A stretch of 64,000 bases of DNA from NCBI GenBank assembly GCA_012026655.1, contig JAAILG010001475.1, forward strand, positions 1 through 64,000. Reading direction: 5' to 3'. The position numbers were made by a program, and so were the translations under genes. Shown piece after piece: positions 49,452 to 63,272 of this stretch (position 1 is its first letter; every line of letters starts with the position of its first letter). The DNA is from Hydrolagus affinis (Eukaryota). The notes beneath the pieces were generated by a model. It was not told the origin of the DNA, searched no databases, and was given only the letters and a program-made list of their open reading frames with translations.

Positions 49452-51639
49452 CAAACCTTTCCGAACTCTCCCAATGCCATTTTAGGAGTGTCCACAAGTG
49501 CACTCCATAGTTTCCTGACTTCCTAGACAGAAAATCCCTGGCCTCCGCTCAGTCTCTCCCAACATAGGAAAATCCAAGATTAGGAACGAGTGCAAATACA
49601 TTTATCTACAACAGAATAATAATTCATCAGTGTGGAGTCACACAAGTTTCTTAAGTGTCGAACAATGATACAAGCCCCCAACCCAGCTACCAAATGACAG
49701 CACATTAAAGTGTCAGAAGATGTTGACCCCAGCACCAAGACTCAAGTTCTCTTCCTTGAGTGGCTTATCGTCACTTGCCCGCTCTGATGCATTACGTTTG
49801 TGAAAACACATTCCAGTTCTGTTAACTCATCAATGTACATATAGCTGCCGCTCGCCTGCCATTTTTATTCCGCTTCTATCAAGCTCTTTTTGGCCAGACT
49901 TCTGTGATAGACTGTAATCTCTAATGATTAAATCACCTGACACCAAATTAAGTGTCGCTGTATCATTTGACATGAACGAAGGTGACGTTACGATATATTT
50001 CAATGCGCGATAATGGGAAATACATATATACTATAAGTACTCCAAACAAGTTGAATAAACGTCATACAATGTAGAATTGTTCTAAAATTTCAAAGATAAA
50101 TATTGAATCGAAGAATTTTATTTCGTTTTCTTAAATTCCACTATGCCTTTCATACTATAAACCTGAAATCAAATGTCTGATTAAAAATAATTAGTGTGAG
50201 TGGATGTTCTAATAGATATTAATCTACCGTCCAGTGATTGTATTCTTCATTCTACATTCATATACAGGTAGTAATTTTGTGCTTTCACTAAGATGCAGAA
50301 AACATACTATGGTAATGATACCGAGTAACTCATACTAAACAGATACAACTCCTGCCTTTTGGAAAGCTTTCAATATTCAAATAAATGCAGAAGAATATAC
50401 AATTAAAGAATATCAAATTAAATTTTTCCCTGTTATAAACTCAGTTTTCAGGGAATTTCCATTGCTGAAAGTCGAGTGCATGGTTACCCAAGATCACAAT
50501 GTAAGTGGAAAATTTATTTTACAGAGCATACTCTTTTGACACTAAACAATTTGATCCCCCCAAATTTTCAATAATATATTTGTGAATCTTTCCAGGTTCG
50601 ACCACCAATCGATAATAAGCCTGAATTTAACCTGAATTCAAACACAAATTTACAACACTGAGCTTGTGGGTGAAATGCCCTTTGAAATTCAGTTGAACAA
50701 TTCTGTGCAAGTTTCCCAGACCAATGCATCTGAAAATCCCTTCGATTGAAATTCTACAGCCCATTTGACATTTTTTTTTAACCTTCTTTACAGGATAGTC
50801 ATTTCGGTGACAAAGACAGCTCCTTGCTTGGTTTATTTCCCTTTGTGTGGGTTTATGTATCAACCCAAATTATGATATAGCAAGAATAAAGATTTGTTTG
50901 GCAAATTAAGTTTGATAGCCTAAAATTGGATCAAATGAATTTTGCACTATTTTCCATGATCAAAAAGAATGAAAACGACCATTTCTTCGTTAGAATTCAA
51001 GACAAAGTTGACCTTCAGTTCGAAGTCCACAACTTGCTGTACAGCTGCGTAGTTAAACCATAAGAATGACATTTCTACATTGACAACATCATACAGATGG
51101 TTCTGATTAAGATCAACCGGGCAAGGTACACATTCTATTTTTTGTTCTCATACGCACACTTAATGGAATGTCAGCCCAAATGTAATCTGGGTTCATGTAA
51201 AGAAAAGAGCAAAAAAATACCAAATTTATTGCATAGTTGACAGACAATTATAAACTGTCTTACTTTGTAAATTTTCTTTATTACCTGTCAAAAAAACACA
51301 GGTAATGGCATTGCACCACATCTTATGAAAGTACTGAGTGAAAGACAGAAGCGGATACTGTGTCTCGCTCTCTTCTTGTTAAGTGCTGGCCTTGAGAACA
51401 TATACAGCTGTCAACAGCTGGAGTTTAGATGCCACAAACCCACAACAAAACTCTTCTGGAAAATGTCAGTGTTGGATGGGTCCACGTCTAGCTTGCGTTT
51501 CAGAGAATAATGACCATTTCCTGAGGGACGGTGCTTGAAAGCTTTAAAATATTATCCTTGGGAAAAAGTTTCACTCAGCAGTCAATTCAAGGTATATTAG
51601 ATGACCATCGAAAAAATCATCAGTATTTATCCTAAAAGA

Positions 51640-52380
51640 GTACAATAGACTTGAGCGCGAAGCATAAACTGAGGCATCAAATTCGCTGTGGGCCGGAGCT
51701 GAGGGAATGTTTGGCTTCCATCAGTGCTGATGTGTCACTCGAAGGGACAGCGATGAAAGAATACTCGCTCACAGAGAAAGCCAAACAAAGTGACAGGCAC
51801 GATTATTTCACTAATTGAAAATGAACACTCTCAAGTAGCCTTAGAAAAGAAAGACTTCACTTAAGACTACTTCAGGCTTTGACCTCTGCGTAAGTAAAAG
51901 CATTTTTAACTGTAGCCCACCAAAATTGATTAACGGCGCCAGCCAAGGCCGGCAAATATTTTAAGCTTTTTCTCTATCACATGGCCCTGAGGATAGTTAA
52001 ATGAACATTAAAATGGCTACAAACAGCTCAATAACTACACAGAGTCCTGCCAATTAGAAATAATTAGGCAGTCGTTTTGGTGGCAAGTCTTTTTAAGTGC
52101 ATACATAATGATGCAATGATGCTGATTAGCCAACTCACATAAGCTTGCTCAAACAGCCTGAAATAATTATGCGAGCATCACGAAAGCCCTGCACATCTCT
52201 GTACTTCACCTTAATATATTTAAAAATCCACTTCATTACCTACAATAATTAATGCTCCATTAATTGCAGGAAGAGCCCAGTTTACCATGCTTCGTTTCTA
52301 ATTATCATCTTATAAATAGTTATCTTCCTAATTAATGTGTTCATTACGCTGAATATCTCTCTCAACGCCATGCTTGGAGC
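51640..52380. promoter_or_regulatory. Candidate enhancer with dense homeodomain sites
   Basis: About seven TAATT/AATTA cores in 52050-52340, including palindromic ctgccaattagaaataattaggcag; CpG-retaining unique sequence. Confidence 0.45.
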
Positions 52381-53507
52381 AAAGGTTCCCTTTTCCTCTT
52401 AGAAGTCTAACTAGCCATAAGGTGAGGCCATTTTGGTTGTATTTGCTTTTATTTTACTACATTCAACCTTCTAATTGGCATTTAAAATCCAATTTGGGAG
52501 AACTTCAAGAAGCTTAAATTGAAGCAAAAAAAACAGGAAAAAATAATTTGGGATTCAAGTCCTGATAGAGAGACCTGTTCAAATAAAGGATATAAACTTT
52601 CAACTTAAACATTTTACAAAAGTGTATTTTCCATTTTTATCCAAGTTTTTTTTAGAATATATATTCACATAATTGAGAATGTTGCTAACTACATTTAACA
52701 TATGTGTCTGATTAATTGACCATCAATTAAGCAGTTGATATCACAACTAAGTTAAATTTTGGTTTTAAATAAATATTTTTAAAAAGATTTTGTTTAAATT
52801 GACAATGAGTTGGCACATCATAATCAAATGCCAGAATCGAACAAGATTCAAGAGAATATTTATCAATTACAATATAAACCTAAGGAAGATTTGTATTTCA
52901 TACAATGGTGCTTCTATTAAAGAACATATTCATAGCCTGAACTTAAGGTATGAAGATATTCATTAGCTTTTCAACCTGAATAACAGCTGAATGCAAGGAA
53001 TGTGCAGAATATTACAATACCTCAGGATGCTATAAAGCTTGCAGTTCAATCTGCAAACAATGAATAATACAACATCCCATTATATTAAAATGTTAACTGT
53101 TTACTATTATTATACTTCTATATTGAAAATGTTATCGCTTTCAAGTCTCTGGCTTGCTCATTAATAAAATTTCAATAGGTTGTAATAAACTATTAAGTAC
53201 CATCTGATACATTCTATTAAGTGAACAGATTATATCAACTAGCCATGCTGCAAATAAATGCAACTTACAAAAATCCTACCAGTCCTGACAAGAAGCAAAA
53301 GCTAAATTCAATATCTGGACATCTTTGAAAAAGTCAACTCTAATACCCTCAATTTTGGAGGAAATTATCAGTTGAAGCTAGCTAAATATAAATATTTATC
53401 TTGGTACAATACACTCTGAAAAAATGCTTCCCCAGTTCATGCCTAACATTTAGATAACCACCTTTCTTACTGTGCTCAGAATGACAAAATTTGCCTTGTA
53501 GGGGTAA

Positions 53508-53668
53508 AATAATCCTTGCATTTTGATATAGTGCTTTTCACATCTTCTGGATATCTCAAAGCGCTTCATAGTGTAAAGTGTATTGCATAATGTAAAGTGA
53601 ATTGAATTGACTTAATATTTGTGGGCGTATAACAACCAATTATCCAAAAGTTAGCTTTTCCCACTGTT
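53508..53668 (-). mobile_element. SINE-tail element with a non-SINE 5' segment (shared with 42028-42145)
   Basis: SINE tail to atttgtgggc, then gtataacaaccaattatccaaaagttagcttttcccact. Confidence 0.7.
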
Positions 53669-54876
53669 GTACAAGGACATTAGTTTTAAAAATGGAATCC
53701 TCCATCAGAAACCATTACAGTACTGACAAAGTTGGCTACATTTATTACACATCCTCCCCTGAACATACTGGCTGAGGTTGAGCTATAATATTATGAACAC
53801 GACAACAATATACTGTAGTACCTCTTTGCAGGTGTTCATTGTGATCAAGTTTGACACTGTATTGTGTGGGCTTGTAATCTCAGCCAAGCCAACATTCTGC
53901 ACCTCAACAGCATTCTCCTCTTTACCCCCACCCACACACGTACACATTTTAAGAGGTCCTGAAACATGAGCCGAGTGTCAGAAATGTTAAAACATTATGT
54001 TTTTGATTTGTGAGGCCACACAATCTCACAAGCTATTTCAGGTCATTTTCACTGTTGCTTTCGAATGAAAACTTTCATAACAAAGTAAAGGGTGTTTGTC
54101 TGCTCTGTCACTGGAATCACTCCTATTTAACTTCAACCCAACATAAGGACTTTGAACTAACATCCTACCAGCTAGGGCTTTGGCTTGCTGGGTTAACAGG
54201 AACTGAGTGGGAAGAATCTCTGCCCACAGTGACCGTTCCACTCTGCCGTGTCCTACCAATGAGCCAGGCAGGTCTATCAGCAGTGCCTTGCAGACCCACC
54301 TAGCTTATGAATTGTCCTACTAAGACCACCACAGACTCTTAAATACTATTACCAACCATGTCACCATTGAGCCTCTTCTGCTCCGAGGTGACCTTACTTA
54401 CCTGTCCTATTCCCCACCACACCCAGTTCTGCATTGCAAACAACGCTAAGGGGAAACCTTAGCTCTGACATTCATAATGTGTAATTGTACACTAGAACTC
54501 ATGTAAGCCAACTGCAGCACATCATATCGTAATTTGTTAGCGAGAAGGAAAATAGGAAACAAGAAAACATTTTATGGGTCAATATATTCTTCCATATTCA
54601 CAAAAAAAAAGTTGTCCTGGCCAAGATGCAAGGTATCCTTTCCAGATTTTCCAGAGCCGCAGCTTCCCAGAGGAAGCTTAATCAAGTATTAAATGTAGCT
54701 GCATAACACTAAATTGGACTTACTGCCAGCAATTGATAGAGTTGGCGTTTTCCCTCCAAGTCCCGCTATGGACAGTAACAATGTCGTGCTGCTTCTATCA
54801 ACCAATTTTTAAAATATTTTGGAAGTAAAATGAAGCATTTCCGTGCTGAACACTGTGATCTTGGGGAAAAGATCAA

Positions 54877-54950
54877 AATAACAACAACAAAATTACATTT
54901 ACATAGAGCGCCTTTCACATCAGGAGGACGTCCCATGGCACTGAACAGTC
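54877..54950 (-). mobile_element. L2-type tail, family A
   Basis: acaacaacaaaattacatttacatagagcgcctttcacatcaggaggacgtcccatggcactg. Confidence 0.78.
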
Positions 54951-56078
54951 AGGCGTCAGGACCAGAGCACGGGTCTAAGTAGGAACAAATCTAAGTACGA
55001 ACAAAGAAACAAAGTCATCATTGAAAAATAGTTTTAAGACACAGTCAAAGCACACCCATGCACACCATAAATGGTACAACCGTGTGCAATGGGTACAATT
55101 TCTAACCAGCAAGACCGCAAAGAAATATCAAAGCACATGACAATTCGACAGTAGCTGCGGATCGCTAGTAAATCCTCAACCAGTCAAGAAATGCCAATGA
55201 TATAGCCATGTGTCGCAACGCATTCTGCCAAGTACAGTAATCAGACATAAATGGAGTCAGATTATAGTTGTAATCTGGTCTTGAAACCTTTAGCCATAAA
55301 ACTGCCATCAATGGTTGAGTGGGTTCCCAGAGACCGTTTCCACAGGCGTGCTGTGTTGGCCACTGTCTGAGGCCAGGGTTAGGCTTGGCTCCGGTGCCTA
55401 AACAATCACGTTGCCCCGCCAGCAGCCTGTTAAGACTTGCACACAAATGTCCACATGAGCCAAAGTTACTGAGGGGCAATCTGTATCGAGGGAACTGGAC
55501 CACATTGGGAGACAACAGCAGTCAAACATCTTCAACTGGGGAGGGGAGACATTTGCAGGAAAAATGTCAAATTTTATTGAGTTTTACTTGTTAGTTGTAT
55601 GTGATGTTACCTTCCCCTCCCCACCTACTCCCGTCACCCCAGGCATTTGGTTTCAATATATTGTTTCCCCATTCGGTTACTCTTTATTATTCCTCATATA
55701 TTTTGAAGAATACAAAAAGTCCACTTTCATAAACACATCATTTTCTTGACAAACCAGTCAAATTCACATTTCCTTATGGTCTTTTTCTAAACAATGCAAA
55801 CATGAGCTGCACAAAGTGACTGGCTTACTTGTTGATTGGAAACAAAACTTCATTCATCTTGATTTCCTTTCTCTGAGATAAACATTATACCAGAATCAAA
55901 CACCATTATTCCCGCAGTATTTTTGCCCGGCAAACCTCAGGACTATTATATTTTATTTGGAGCTTTCTACACAGCGAGATGCATCTCCGAAGGTCTCAGT
56001 TAAGGCAGGTTAAAAAACTTTGCTTAGATTAAGACTAGTGCTGAAAAGAGGGACTGAAAGGCTAAAAAGAAAGCATCT

Positions 56079-56153
56079 ACAACAACAACAACAACAACAA
56101 CTTAGATTTATATAGCACCCTCCACGCCGGAAGGCGTCTCAGAGCGCTTCAGA
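56079..56153 (-). mobile_element. L2-type tail, family B with (AAC)n
   Basis: (aac)7 ttagatttatatagcaccctccacgccggaaggcgtctcagagcgctt. Confidence 0.78.
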
Positions 56154-57887
56154 GTGCAGCAAGTTCAAATAAGTGTCCCACAGAGTGTACAACTATTATT
56201 TTATAAACTTGTTCTTCGATCCTAGTTATAATACAAAGCTTCTGCTGCCTCATTACCACTGAACTGTGTTGGATCTGGTTCAATGAACCATTTTGGATCC
56301 GGTTCAGTGCGGTGTACAGACGGCACTTCTAACGCAAGGTCAATAGACTCAAGGGTACATTAACTCCATTTCTAACCCCCACAGCAGAAATAGGATTCTA
56401 CAATGAATGGCATGTTGTTAATACATTACGCTTCAGTTTCCATTGCACTGACATGACACACATAACATACTGCTCCACCTGATAAAATACTCACAGTCGC
56501 CATTTTAAAACTTCACCTTTAATCTGCCGTTTCAGTTAACAGGAAACAGAACAAAATAAACCTGTGGCACCTGTAACAGTTAACTTTGTTCATATCTCTT
56601 TTGCATTGGACATCATGTAAGAAACTAAAACCAGCCGATGTCTACAATTTGTCTGTAAACAATAATTCAACAAGCAACAAAAGGTTTTTGCTGTTCTGCC
56701 ACAGTGCAGGGAGGCAGTTTTGCTATGAATGTTCATTACCTTTATTTGACATTTTATGACATACGCAGGCCAGATGTTCCTTTGATGCCTCGCGCGGCTT
56801 GAATGGGTCAGATTTAGAACCGGAGCTTCAGATAAAGAAAGCTCAGGTTTTGGCAACTGGATTTAAAAAAATGTTTACTGTAATATTCCACAGAATACTT
56901 TGATCAAGCTCTACCCATGCTAACCAACTGGACCGATGCAGTTGAAATTTTAAGACCTGTTTTCCACAGTGTACTTGTTTTTGATAGTTCCTGTGCCTTC
57001 ATTCCTTTGCATTTGGCTGTTCCTTCTCCTGGCTTACCTTACTGCTAGAAGTACTGACACATACACGAAAACATGTGTTAATATTGCACTCCATATAGCA
57101 AATGAACTCTGGCCAGTATCCACTATGCTATGAGACGCCAAGATAAATCATGACCAGAACTGCACAACAAGTGGCATGTTCCTCGGTGGGAAATTTACTG
57201 ACAGAAAGTTCTCTTTTCCACCCCATCCCCAACAAAGGGTGTATTATAAAACAAACTTTGCACAACCAACATTGTTCAGAGTAACTTTGAAATTCTCTTT
57301 AAGTAACATGAGTTTTTTTTCCCTCCCTTGGGACACATTTTTCTGACAATCGAAGGACATCTGAACTGAGAAAAACACCAAATCTGAGGAAAAGGGAATA
57401 AAATTGGTGAAATGTTCTTATTGTGGCTTGAGAAAGCGCTGGAGCACACAACATAGCAGAAGATGAGAAACAGCCTGAAGGAAACCAAATATTAAATATC
57501 TGAGGCTTGTGAGTCGATGGAAAGCATAGAGAAATCAGAGGTATGAAAGTAACAAAATGGAAGCCAAAACAAAAACTCAGCTGACAAATTTGAAAATGAA
57601 AGCAATTCAGTGGAGAGATTACCCAGGTAAAGAAATCAGCATGAAATAAACACAGACAGGTAGAGTACAAATGGAAGTAATTTATGCTGGTTTATGAAGC
57701 TTGCAATTAATGCAAATTTACTATTCCACAATCTGAACTGACTAATCTTCCTCCAGTGAAATTTTGGAACTCATGGGGAGATGAGAAGAGTGAAGATTTG
57801 GGAGGGGAGAACAGAAGGCACTTCCTGAGTTTAAACAAATATGAAGGAATAGTGCTTCTGCCAACTACCCAGCAAAGCCTGGTGATA

Positions 57888-58090
57888 CAATAATAAATAA
57901 CATTGACGTTTCACAGGTAAAACTGGTTTGACTGTGTATTTTGTGGGCAAAATGCGGAAGCCATTTGGGCAACAACAATGTGCCAACAAACAGCGTGGAG
58001 TGAGTGAAACTCCCTTCTCTTGTTAAGTAGTCTTTAACATCACCTGAACAGACAGATGAGACCTTGGTTCAACATCTCATCCTCCAGTAT
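57888..58090 (-). mobile_element. Old Deu-domain SINE fragment
   Basis: tgtgggcaaaatgcggaagccatttg...tctttaacatcacctgaacagacag...ggttcaacatctcatcc is the reverse complement of the Deu domain. Confidence 0.65.
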
Positions 58091-60454
58091 TAGTGACTGA
58101 CAACTACGGGTTACATTTAACCCCATCAACTGTTAGTAAGAGTCAAGCAAAATGAATCATATTCCCGAACAAAGGATAAAACTATTGAATTCCTGTTAGT
58201 GCATCTTTCTTGCCTTTCCCTTCGTATAGTTTCCAGAAATGAAGAGCAGAATCCAACACAGTGGATACAGCTCTCAAAACACTGTAATCTGAATATCTGA
58301 TGTGAATCGCATCCAAATCCCAAAGCATATGTTAATTTTATGACATGGATAGATGTGTCACAATACATATATCTATATTATATATATCCCAAGGTTTACA
58401 AAACAGTTCAAGCCACATTATTCGTCCATATATATGCAAATCTCATGAAACAGTAACCTGCTTAAAGACTAGAACTTCAAACAATTACAATAGGATCTGT
58501 TCCGCTTACAAAACCAATGATCTGCCACAATATATGTTACAGCCATGAAGAACCAGACATCAATCAATAGGTCAACAAAACCAGGGATTCAGCATATTGA
58601 CACTTCATGCATCTTTTACATCCTCTTTAAAAAAAATGCTGTTATCTAATAGCCTAAATGCTTAATCCATCACATCCCAAACTTGCAACAGATAAACTGT
58701 TTTCTTACACCAAATTACAACAATGAGTGAAGCAAATTTCTCTCCTTTAGTGCTCCATATCTATATTATTTGTCTGCTATTGAAAAAGGTGCTTCATGTC
58801 ACATTCATTTTCAGAAAAAAGTAAAATCCCTTTTAAAATTTCTTGAACCATTAAAAGATGTAAATCACCCAGACTTCATTAACTCTCACTATTGAAAATC
58901 ACCCATTTTATAGTATCTTTGATGTCCTCTTTAAAAACAGATTTGCCTTCAGTAATACAGCGCTCTCATTTTAATCATTTTAAATTCCATTACATAAAAA
59001 ATAGGCTTTAGTTCTCAATTTGAACACTTCTCTGGAACAAAGTTTTTTTTCAAAAAAAAGTTTAATAATCAGTATTCAAAACAAATGAGTTTTTTTTTCA
59101 AAAAGAGAAACATTGAGTTATTTGTCAGCTGTGAATGTGTTGGATAAAAATATGCAAATGACAACTTAAAACTATATGGTACTGCATTCAATACTTTTTG
59201 AATAAAAATATTGGGAGTGATTTATTTATTCACAAAAAAATCTTCATGGAAAGCACTTCAAACATCTTCCATTATAGCTAAGTGTGCGATATCCAAATAA
59301 TTACTGTCCTAATTCTCTCAGCAATATTTTCAAGCCAGTGTTATTATTCTCATTTCTTTGAATAATATCCATACTCCAGGGCCATTTTCCTCTCATTTTC
59401 AATATCTTGCATCCTTATATCAAGATTCTTTTCTTCATATCCTGTCAGAGTATCAATCACTGCCTCCTGTCCACTCAATCCAGTTTTGATTTATCAGCAG
59501 ATGTCTTTCTGGACTCCATAACTCGACCCAAACCATTTTAATGCGACAGTGACAAATAACACCCAGTATCACATCAACCTGTTCCACTTAGTAAACTAAG
59601 AAACAGCAACTATGACATCCCTGCATAAGTATTGCATTCTATTCCCCAGACTGATGTATATTAATGAGGACCTGCTATTTGAAACGCTTCTTCCACATCA
59701 GCATCTAATATGATCAAATTAGGAAATGGGATGATTTATTAAATTTTGTCATGCTGAAATATTTCTCTATGTTCAAATGTACACAGTTTTCTAAACTAAC
59801 CACTGGCCAGCAGAGAATTTGCCCTTTGCTCCCGTTCCTAAATTTCTATGATCAACTGTCAAAGCACAAAGAACAAAGAATGTAAATGTGGGCTCAACCA
59901 CACTACAAATCTGCCAATTTTGAATGGAGTTTATTTTTAATCACCGAGTATACTAATTGAGATGCATTGAGTTTCTATTTCCCTTAACGCGCACTTCAAC
60001 CAAATAAAGCTTTTTTTTAAAAAAAACAAGTTGAAGTTGGTTCAAGATGTGTTTGAATATGTGACAGTGACACCAGGTTATGCTTTTCCATTGCATTATT
60101 GTAAAATAATTGTATAAAAACTTTTATGAAAGGCAAATGCATACGGACGTCATGCCTAATCATTTAAATACAGCTGACATGGCATTTCTCCTCTCATAAG
60201 CCTTTAAAATAATTTGCATCATTCAGTTGCACAAGCTTGACATGGTACTAAAGTATTATAAGAACACACATTTATAATAAAACAAGAGGCAATGTAACTG
60301 CAAAACATGGACCATTGTGTCAATAGGGCATCAGTAAAAGGGTTGAAAACCTGCCTACATGTCCAAGATCCATGTCTGTTGCTCAACCAACTGAGCTGGT
60401 TATCAGTGCTTAAAGGAAAACATAAAAATTACTTTGAGTAACACATAATCTCGT

Positions 60455-60631
60455 AGTCCCTCTGCCTCACACCCTCCCTGGCTTCCTTCAAGTCCTGTTT
60501 CAAGACTCTCCTCCTTGACGGTCCCATCGGTCACCCCAAATCCACCCACCATCCTCGACCCCAGCTCGGGTCTGAAACAGGCACTATACAAGTGACGTGA
60601 AAGGCACTATTCAAGTGTTATTTTGTTATTA
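60455..60631 (+). mobile_element. L2 3' end fragment (same family as 31536)
   Basis: ccctccctggcttccttcaagtcc...caagactctctccttgac...cccagctcgggtctgaaaca...gacgtgaaaggcactattcaagtg. Confidence 0.8.
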
Positions 60632-60862
60632 TATACAAAACATGCTGCACACCTTAAAATATAGTCAGACTTTATTTTCACAGTTTTAAATATAAAGTGA
60701 TTTTTTTTGGAGAAATATACAAAGAGGTCAATGAAGGGAAGTTTAAACCCATGAAACTAAGTTGTTTCTTAGGATTCTGCATCCAGGAAATTACTGGTCA
60801 CATCATTAATACTACATGCAAATACCTTGCTATGTTTTTGTACAAGTTAACAGAACATGGTA

Positions 60863-61020
60863 TCAGAAATCGCTGGGAACTCAGCAAGTCAGGCAGCATC
60901 TAGGGAGAAAGTCAACTTTTCGGGTCCACGACCCTTCATCACAATTGGGCCATATTGGGAGGGAGAGGCTTTTAAGAGCTAACAGAGAGAGGGGGGCGGC
61001 AGGACAAGGAAGGCAAAGGA
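60863..61020 (-). mobile_element. Penelope-like element terminal fragment (second copy)
   Basis: cagaaatcgctgggaactcagcaagtcaggcagcatctagggag...gtcaacttttcgggtccacgacccttcatca is homologous to 5503-5598. Confidence 0.65.
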
Positions 61021-62784
61021 GAAAATGGGGTAGAGTTTGAGGCTGCAATAAATTTAAATTATTCTGTACATGGATTGTGTATTGCATCTTAAAGGTAGTA
61101 GAATGCAATATGGCAATGCAAATTCTCACAACAATTCTCGTATTTAGTTCGAATACTGAACTAAATAACCAATTTAAACTCTTCAGGTGTAATAAATTAA
61201 CTTTATTGACTGGCAAAGTTCCATGAGATTTTTTTTTTTTTTAATTGGCAATATTTTTGCGCAGCCTTTTTCATCTTTTTTCATTTTCAATATTCATCAC
61301 CACAGTCAAACAAAACCTTGGTTTAATGTCTCATCTAAAGGATGTAGCCTTCGAGAATACATCAGCCCTTTACAAAGAATAGATAAACCTCAACTTAGAA
61401 GATTATGCTGAAAGAAAAATGATTAATTTTGTCGTGCAGTGCAACAACCCACGCTGGTTCACCTTAAAATTATTGTTTAAAAAAATAAAATAATTTGCAC
61501 GTTGGCTTTGTAGCACGCCTGCCGTTAGAACAAAAGCAGTTAATGGTAAGACGCAAGTTCATTCCTGCGACTCTGTGGACAGAGTTGCTGATACAAACCA
61601 ACCACTTTGGAGCAGTTGCCAAAACAAGACGTGACGTTGCCTTAGAAAGGAACTGAAAGCGTGAATAATAAAGCACCACTCTTGGGCACATGGCTGGTGT
61701 CGAACTACACTATGACATGAGACGAGGGCTGAAAACGCGTCTCTTGCTCATCTGTCCTTTTGATGTGGGAACGGCGTGTTGAGGGAGAGAAAACGACACA
61801 AAATGAGGAACATCAATTTTTACGGAAATTTAAATTAAAATGTCATCCACTTATATTGGTCTTTCTCTCATGCAAAAGGCCAGCATCAGTTATTTGAGTC
61901 ATTTGCGTAAGCTACTAGGAGAATTGATGCCATCGCTGGAGAGATGCTGTACTCTCACTTGACTGCCGGATTCTCCACAGGATTCCTTTTAAAAGGGGCG
62001 AAGAGGGGGAATTGTTTTCATTATTGAAACCATTCTTTAGCGCAGATCTCTGACGGTTGCGTCCGCATGTGGAATGTACAGCATGGTTTCTCTCTATAAT
62101 TTTTAAACAATTTCCCCACAAATAAAGTATCGTCCCTGACTTCCTTCAGGAGTATAATGCAATTATCTAAAGACAGCCCTTGTAGTCTTATGCGTTTTAC
62201 TTCTTCCCCCAGAGAGATCTATATAAGAGTTGTTATTTGTATTAATGCCAAAAATATAAATGGAAACAAAACATTTGGCAGATTATAATTAACCTGCATT
62301 TATTATCTCTCTACAATTACTGGGAGGCAATACTCTGCTTTAACTTGCCAGGTTACTCAGATCATTTGTATTTGCAAATCGACAACCTCATGTTATTTAG
62401 ACTGAAATGAGGCAAGAGAATCGTATTAAAAGATGTTGTTGGCTCTTTACATGATGTCACCTGATTTTCAAACTGATGTGACCCCACAACTGTCTGCATA
62501 ATTTTTCCCTTCTACATAAAGCACTTAAATAGCACGGCTTGCACCAGAATGTCTAGGTCAGAACAAGGTTACATCTTATAAATACTTAACAGCATAAATT
62601 TCCATAATATCCTACGGAACCGTTAATTTTTTTTCCTCCAGTTAGTCTGTAAACCACAGCTCCTGAGTTTTGATAAACACACATTTTGTGTTAGCTCTTT
62701 GCGCAAACACAATAGTCAAGACAAATTGGACATACCAGGAGAATCTATTGTTACAAAAGCATTCAACGAATAAATATGTTATCG

Positions 62785-63083
62785 AACAGGAAAAGCCTGG
62801 GAAGAGGTTCCAGGCTCAGTTAGTTGATGTCAACCCTGGAAAAAAAATTGGTTTCAATATACCCAATGGGGAAATATAGGCAAGATTCCCACCCCAATAC
62901 CTGGCAGCAGAAACATAATGTGTGCACATCAGGCATTGGGTTGGGCTCACAGCAAAACAATTCACACCCCAGACTCACACATGAAGATTACCTGCATTGG
63001 TTAGGTTCCAGGTGCCTGTCAAAAACCCTTGAAGCTGCGCTCCACTGCATTGAGCTTTGAAACACAAAATAAATTTGTGGAAA
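62785..63083 (+). mobile_element. Ancient SINE (same family as 16495/25879), highly diverged
   Basis: gctcagttagttgatgtcaacc...tgtgtgcacatcagg...agactcacacatgaaga...aggttccagg; ends ~60 bp from the RSRC1 donor site. Confidence 0.5.
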
Positions 63084-63143
63084 AGAATGGACGTTTGTGA
63101 CTTTAAAAGTCTCGGATCCTCTTAAGACAGACACTGTGCTTAC

Positions 63144-63272
63144 CTTCTGTTTCTACTCCTCGACCTGGATCGCCGTGATCTGTAAGACTTCCCTCTATCC
63201 CGCGATCTACTCCGACTACTTCGCTTCTTCCGGATCTCGTATGATGAGCTGCTGCTGGAGTGCCTCCTGCGC
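63144..63272 (-). CDS. RSRC1: RSRC1 internal coding exon (equivalent to human exon 3), RS-rich domain
   Basis: Minus strand tgtttcag|G CGC AGG...AAC AGA AG|gtaagc; 129 nt, phase 2-2. Encodes RRRHSSSSSSYEIRKKRSSRSRSRDRGKSYRSRRSRSRSRNR(R), closely matching recalled human RSRC1 [43 protein letters not shown]. Confidence 0.93.

Larger units (their letters stand above)
34063..63143 (-). other. RSRC1: RSRC1 intron, 29,081 bp, GT-AG
   Basis: Defined by the donor at 63143 and acceptor at 34063; no RSRC1-like coding sequence seen in between. Confidence 0.85.
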
